Source: Tetramitus jugosus
Lineage: Eukaryota > Protista > Heterolobosea
Direction: 5' to 3'
DNA length: 64,000 nucleotides
Assembly (NCBI GenBank): GCA_937625935.1
Contig: OW569365.1
Span: forward strand, 248,001 to 312,000
Both the position numbers and the translations under genes were made by a program. Positions 60,401 through 64,000 of this stretch are shown here, one piece after another. The notes under the pieces are model-generated. The model made no database searches. It was given only the letters and a program-made list of their open reading frames with translations, and had not been told where the DNA came from. Numbering within the stretch: position 1 is the first letter of the stretch; every line of letters begins with the position of its first letter.

Positions 60401-60797
60401 AGCGTTGAGCACTGATGAAAACATGATGACAGATGAGCATGAAGATCTACAACAACAACTATCAATCAGCCTTTCATGTACCATGAATGAACCGCGGAGA
60501 CTAAAGTTACACTCATTGCACTATGACGTTACTGAGGCCGTTCGTCTCTCAAGCAACCCAATGCTCATGTTCCGCCATCCACATCCAGAAAGACTTGCGC
60601 GACTGAGAGATCGATACGGATTCTTGATTGCTGATGGTTTCAAGTGGTATGCAGATGGATTCTACTTTAGAGCACGAAAAAATCAAACAATTGCCCAAAC
60701 AGAATGCTCATTGATCGATATTGTGTGCATTCATGACACAATTGAAGTCTCATTCTCCCTGCCCACCCAATCTGTACCCTATACATTTCGACTGTAA
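57441..60797 (+). CDS. BRWD/PHIP-related chromatin protein lacking WD40 repeats, with degenerate bromodomain and KE-rich linker
   Basis: YYPQLKDQVAFLRDGY and LWENVLVKWQDG..DSRVSVWEI (BRWD/PHIP central domain); YPLLLAIVVDRLKSNFYRH..F..DVKHI (bromodomain-like C-terminal half). Confidence 0.65.
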   Translation: MSKKRKNSTVSLNNEDNNDIPTLTDDNSTPAAKRSKRNNKANERETIDRLITTIQTPIYNLLVAHETHLFHYTYYPQLKDQVAFLRDGYLAFVSNMEQLPDLNEYVKQYLVKKPPLNNGFNLPDVMLCEITKIKYSCCNVLAKGVAFTLRTIKFKVLEIPQHDASSGNHSGADESSGGGGGLTDKQKKLIGTEFELDYIDHPSCMANYMVLRELYENSIDFLKKLKKNDSIHTSFDKSYHEGKVVEIGPRDESKPLSLWENVLVKWQDGESSDSRVSVWEIKEVGDETTVLAQIPKMSSDLTKKLEKAFLDFLNSELFFKVPLYKPSDPYPLLLAIVVDRLKSNFYRHLEHFESDVKHIVKTISKISTEGAKVLKKFGQEIGSIIGNTSGSLTSTTTTKASSSTSSTTKANSLIKVKKTEAASSVPTLLDDDLTSSLLNLTSKQAKPKESLEKEVKTPKKEKEKGKEKRKEKTKEKGKEKEKEKEKEKGKEKEKKKKTETKKEAKKESKKETKKAETTKKETKKDGAKAEKQKKSPKKASKAKQSEPQPSGEPATAAGQLRRPILDVDNNERIINSISGFTGESVPKNILPSIPKIAKKNELQKIDQSTKPESESKVDEPINFETDEVLYGESVLSTEKKRTAKKEPNEKQVKEKKAKPKTEKKEREKKSKKDKEQKQPADLKLKIKLTAPNATETEPASTTIISIPATSFSMINDHREEEVDDFDGGFGSVDREVPFVPPPSILEEQSQMITDEEEPQHVEEFGAPNVETVVPPVKVKFSMAPVAAVTHAIPKESAPTIKRPHLNFSLNLKKKDLGMDIVDQHMEDVFELSDDSNQHVHPTEIVSNEDNLNEINVSLVTKSDSDMIQVDMTTNDDVDPIQQKQYQKWQQALVNWQQHNTASTKTSDYELREEPILSEQSPLYHSSVTLTTSVNRAPFINQEYYAPMRKMTNSTHSSNALCCFKFHKNLSNDTSVSAHNLILHSFCIALSTDENMMTDEHEDLQQQLSISLSCTMNEPRRLKLHSLHYDVTEAVRLSSNPMLMFRHPHPERLARLRDRYGFLIADGFKWYADGFYFRARKNQTIAQTECSLIDIVCIHDTIEVSFSLPTQSVPYTFRL

Positions 60798-61041
60798 ATT
60801 CCATCTGACATCGCGAAAACCAAAAAGTTCAACCACCGGATAAACAGAGCGACACTACAAAAACTCCTTCCCAATTTTTTGCTGTGTGGAAATCGGCGCG
60901 AAAACAAACACACAGAGGAGATTCCGCCCCACACCCCAAAAGCTCTCTCTTCATACCACTCAACTCTTGCACACAATCGCTCTCTCTATTTCTCAATTGA
61001 AAAAAAGAAGGATCTTCCATCGATAGTTTAACAACAACAAC

Positions 61042-62625
61042 ATGATGCTCGCACTGTCCAAACGCACTCTCTCCAACCATCATCACCATCATCACCACAT
61101 CCATGCTGCAATCGCTCCTCTCTTGCTCACCACCACCTCCACTTCTACTACCTCAACAACACACATAACATCACCAAAGAGAGCTCTCAATGGAGCAAGA
61201 AGAATACCGATTACCCTTCAACAACAACAGCAATATCACACTCAATCCTATAGCAATGACATGGGACTCATTAGCAAATTAAAATCGACATTTCAACTCT
61301 TTCCCATCAACAAGGTCAAACTGCCAAAACTCATTGTACGTGATCCATTTTTTGCATTTTACATTATGTTACCATTTCCACACACAGTAGCTCTCTTCTT
61401 GTCAGAGAGATGTGTGAATCGACATCTTTTCACATTTTTTTTCTCACTAGTCGACAAAATTTTGATGGACTGACACATCCACATACACATATCCACCACA
61501 CACATACAGTCAATAGAAGATGAGAATCGTATCATAACAAGCAATGATCTCAACATGAACACTGGTGATAGCTATGCTTCTACCCTGGAATTCATCTCTG
61601 AACAAACAAGGCAACAACAGGCGCATCAACCATCCTCTTCTGCCATGAAAACCATTGACAATGATTTGAACACGATTGCAAATGATGTCTTGAGCACAGT
61701 CAAGTGTGATCATCCTGTTCTCGACACTGCAGCCAAGTACTTTTTCAAGACGACAGGCAAGAGATTTAGACCCATGCTCGTGTTGCTCGTCGGAAGAGCT
61801 GCCTCCACTGAAAACAAGGAATTGAGTGAGGAGGACAAGGAACAGAGACTGGTGACCAAGTATCGCAAACTTGCAGAGACTACAGAACTGATCCATGTGG
61901 CCAGTTTGATCCACGATGATATTATTGATGACGCAGATATGAGAAGAGGTGTTCCTTCATTGAACGCATCCATGGGCAACAAGGTTGCTGTGCTCGCAGG
62001 TGATTTCCTGTTGGGCAGAGCAAGTTTGAATTTGGCTCGCTTGGGTCACATTGAAGCTGTGGAAGCCATTTCTACAGTGATTGAACATTTGGCTCACGGT
62101 GAGATTTTGCAAATGGCCGGCAAGGGCAAGTACGATTTTGACTACTACATGAAGACCATTTTCTTCAAGACATCGTCTCTGATTGCATACAGTTGTCTGT
62201 CCTCTGCACTCATGAGTGGTGCAAGTGTAAAGACTATTGAGGCAGCATTCAAATTTGGTAAGCATATTGGAATTGCCTATCAATTGACTGATGATTCATT
62301 GGACTTTACTCAGACTCAAAACTTTTTGGGTAAGCCATCAGGAGGTGCTGATATTAAGCTCGGTTTAACTACTGGTCCAGTCTTGTTCGCACTCAAGACA
62401 TACCCTGATGCTATGAAGCAACTCATCGAGCGTAAGTTCTCCCACGAAGGAGACATTGAAAAGACAATAGAATATGTTCAAAAGAGCAATGCTGTCAGCA
62501 TGACAAAAGACTTTGCAGCATCTCACTTCAGAAAGGCAGTAGACGCACTCATGGAGTTCGAGCCTTCTCCATTTAGAACCGCAATGATTCAAATGGTCGA
62601 AAAGATCATGGTCAGAAACAACTAA
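61042..62625 (+). CDS. COQ1: All-trans-polyprenyl diphosphate synthase (COQ1/PDSS1/SPS) with mitochondrial-type presequence; exons 61042-61335 and 61510-62625
   Basis: GKRFRP, ELIHVASLIHDDIIDDADMRRG, GDFLL, KTSSL, YQLTDDSLD. Phase-0 intron 61336-61509. Confidence 0.9.
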
Positions 62626-62744
62626 TGGATTTATTTTTGCGAACGCCTTACAATTATACATCATCTCTGGTGGGACAACTCGAGCAAAATTGCCATTGGG
62701 CGCGGGTATTTCGTTCCAATCTATAAACACCTTCCATTCACTAT

Positions 62745-64000
62745 TTATTCTTCTTTGGTTTCTTCTGCAACCTTTGTTAATCTGTAAAAGTTTGCTGTTG
62801 CCCGGTTTGCTGCAAAAGGAACCTTTCCAACGCATTCAACCTTCCATGGACACTGAATGAGAAGTGATTCGATACCTTCCATAGGCAGAACTGATACAAT
62901 CAACCATTGACCGGTGGTTGGCTTTAGCACTCTCCAGACTTCCATTTCCATGTCAGGCAAATCGATTTCACCAGTCTCCGATGTTAAAATATTGTCCAAA
63001 CATGCCTTATCAACAACAACATCAAAGGTATTGTCCTCAAAATCGTCACCCATTTCTCTGACATCAACATGCTTAAAATCAAGCAAGTTCAAACTTTGTT
63101 TCTTATCTTCGGTGAGTGAATTGATCAAATCTTTTTGCTGTCTCAAAATCGTCTTGTACACTTGCTGCATATGAATGATGGCGAATCGTGAGATATCAAT
63201 CTGAGTCATTCGTTGTGAAAAATTGTTCGTGAGCAGCTCGACACCAAGAGACGACATGCCGCATCCCATAATCAGTGCATTGTTAAACGGAACATCATTA
63301 TTATCCGTCTTCACCTGATCAAACAAATGCTTCAATGCATTGTAGTCACAGTACCATTCATCAATGGATCCCTCCTGCGTATAATACTTGTTCCAATATT
63401 TTTCGACTGGGGAATCAGGCTCTCCCATCTCTTCCAATTGCTTGTACTTTTCGATATCGGATTTCGTTCTCGGTGGCAATGAATGATTGCCCAATTGCAT
63501 GGCATTGAATCTGTGAATGGCATGTTCCGCTCTCTGGAAAAAGGACACAATCTGTGCTTGATCCTCAACATTTGCACTCTCCAAGAATTGTCTCTTGGCC
63601 TCTCTTCGCATTGCCAATTGTTCCGATGCAGACAAGAGTGGTGCGTCTTCATTCTTGCCCTCTACGATACGGCCTCTGTCCAACCTCTTTCCAGAAATGA
63701 GTTTCAAGATGATACGGTACAATGTAAACGTATAAATCGAGTTCCTCTCGTCAATGGTCATCTCTGCAATCTCCTTCTTGAATACTGGGCTATAGGATTG
63801 ATCAGCACTGTTGAACATTTCATCTTGTTGCTTCTTTCTCAGCTTTTCCTTCTCTTCCTTGCTGTAATAGCTCTTGGGAACGGCTTGAATTGCACCCTTT
63901 GTCAACTCGCGTGCAAAATTCAAAATATCGGAATCAGTGGTACGACCAACAGAGGATGGATCATCTCTGTGTAGCTTGTCCTTGAACGAACGGAGGAAAT
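62745..64000 (-). CDS. Class I SAM-dependent methyltransferase, METTL13/EEF1AKMT4-like, 5'-truncated by the window edge
   Basis: YWNKYY...EWY, LIMGCGMSSL, IDIS, FDVVVDKACLD. The frame stays open to base 64000. Confidence 0.85.
   Translation of the reverse strand, partial: FLRSFKDKLHRDDPSSVGRTTDSDILNFARELTKGAIQAVPKSYYSKEEKEKLRKKQQDEMFNSADQSYSPVFKKEIAEMTIDERNSIYTFTLYRIILKLISGKRLDRGRIVEGKNEDAPLLSASEQLAMRREAKRQFLESANVEDQAQIVSFFQRAEHAIHRFNAMQLGNHSLPPRTKSDIEKYKQLEEMGEPDSPVEKYWNKYYTQEGSIDEWYCDYNALKHLFDQVKTDNNDVPFNNALIMGCGMSSLGVELLTNNFSQRMTQIDISRFAIIHMQQVYKTILRQQKDLINSLTEDKKQSLNLLDFKHVDVREMGDDFEDNTFDVVVDKACLDNILTSETGEIDLPDMEMEVWRVLKPTTGQWLIVSVLPMEGIESLLIQCPWKVECVGKVPFAANRATANFYRLTKVAEETKEE

Noticed and set aside
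1-64000. Mobile elements, CRISPR arrays, tRNA/rRNA genes, alternative genetic code
   Set aside because: No transposase/RT motifs, terminal repeats, spacer arrays or cloverleafs were seen by eye. Conserved genes translate with the standard code once short introns are removed.

Overview
Gene-dense, AT-rich nuclear DNA of a microbial eukaryote, probably a free-living protist (taxon not determinable here). It holds about 28 protein-coding genes with short GT-AG introns (58-174 nt) and very short spacers. Many genes carry microsatellite-encoded poly-N/Q/H/S/T tracts. I found no rRNA, tRNA, CRISPR or transposon. Recognisable genes: PPG1-type phosphatase, SPICE1-like, N6AMT1, ARL8, COA5, E2F, SZT2, TDO, an aldo-keto reductase, a serpin, RNF32, TMEM222, PIG-C, an Erv-family oxidase, KIF6, a BTB-BACK protein, a BRWD/PHIP-like protein, COQ1 and a METTL13-like methyltransferase. 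Four observations stand out. (1) A head-to-head pair of BCS1-like AAA ATPases shares an intron in Walker A, and both carry a duplicated [AAA-lid + SAM] C-terminal tail. (2) A 1076-aa protein appears to combine a PEX14-like membrane/coiled-coil core, a PEX5L/PEX20-type PEX7-binding motif and a PEX39-type KPWE module. (3) An ATF6-like membrane-tethered bZIP has S1P/S2P-like motifs. (4) An inhibitory-type serpin has a furin-like RFKR loop and a C-terminal SKL. All family assignments come from motif recognition by eye, not database searches.
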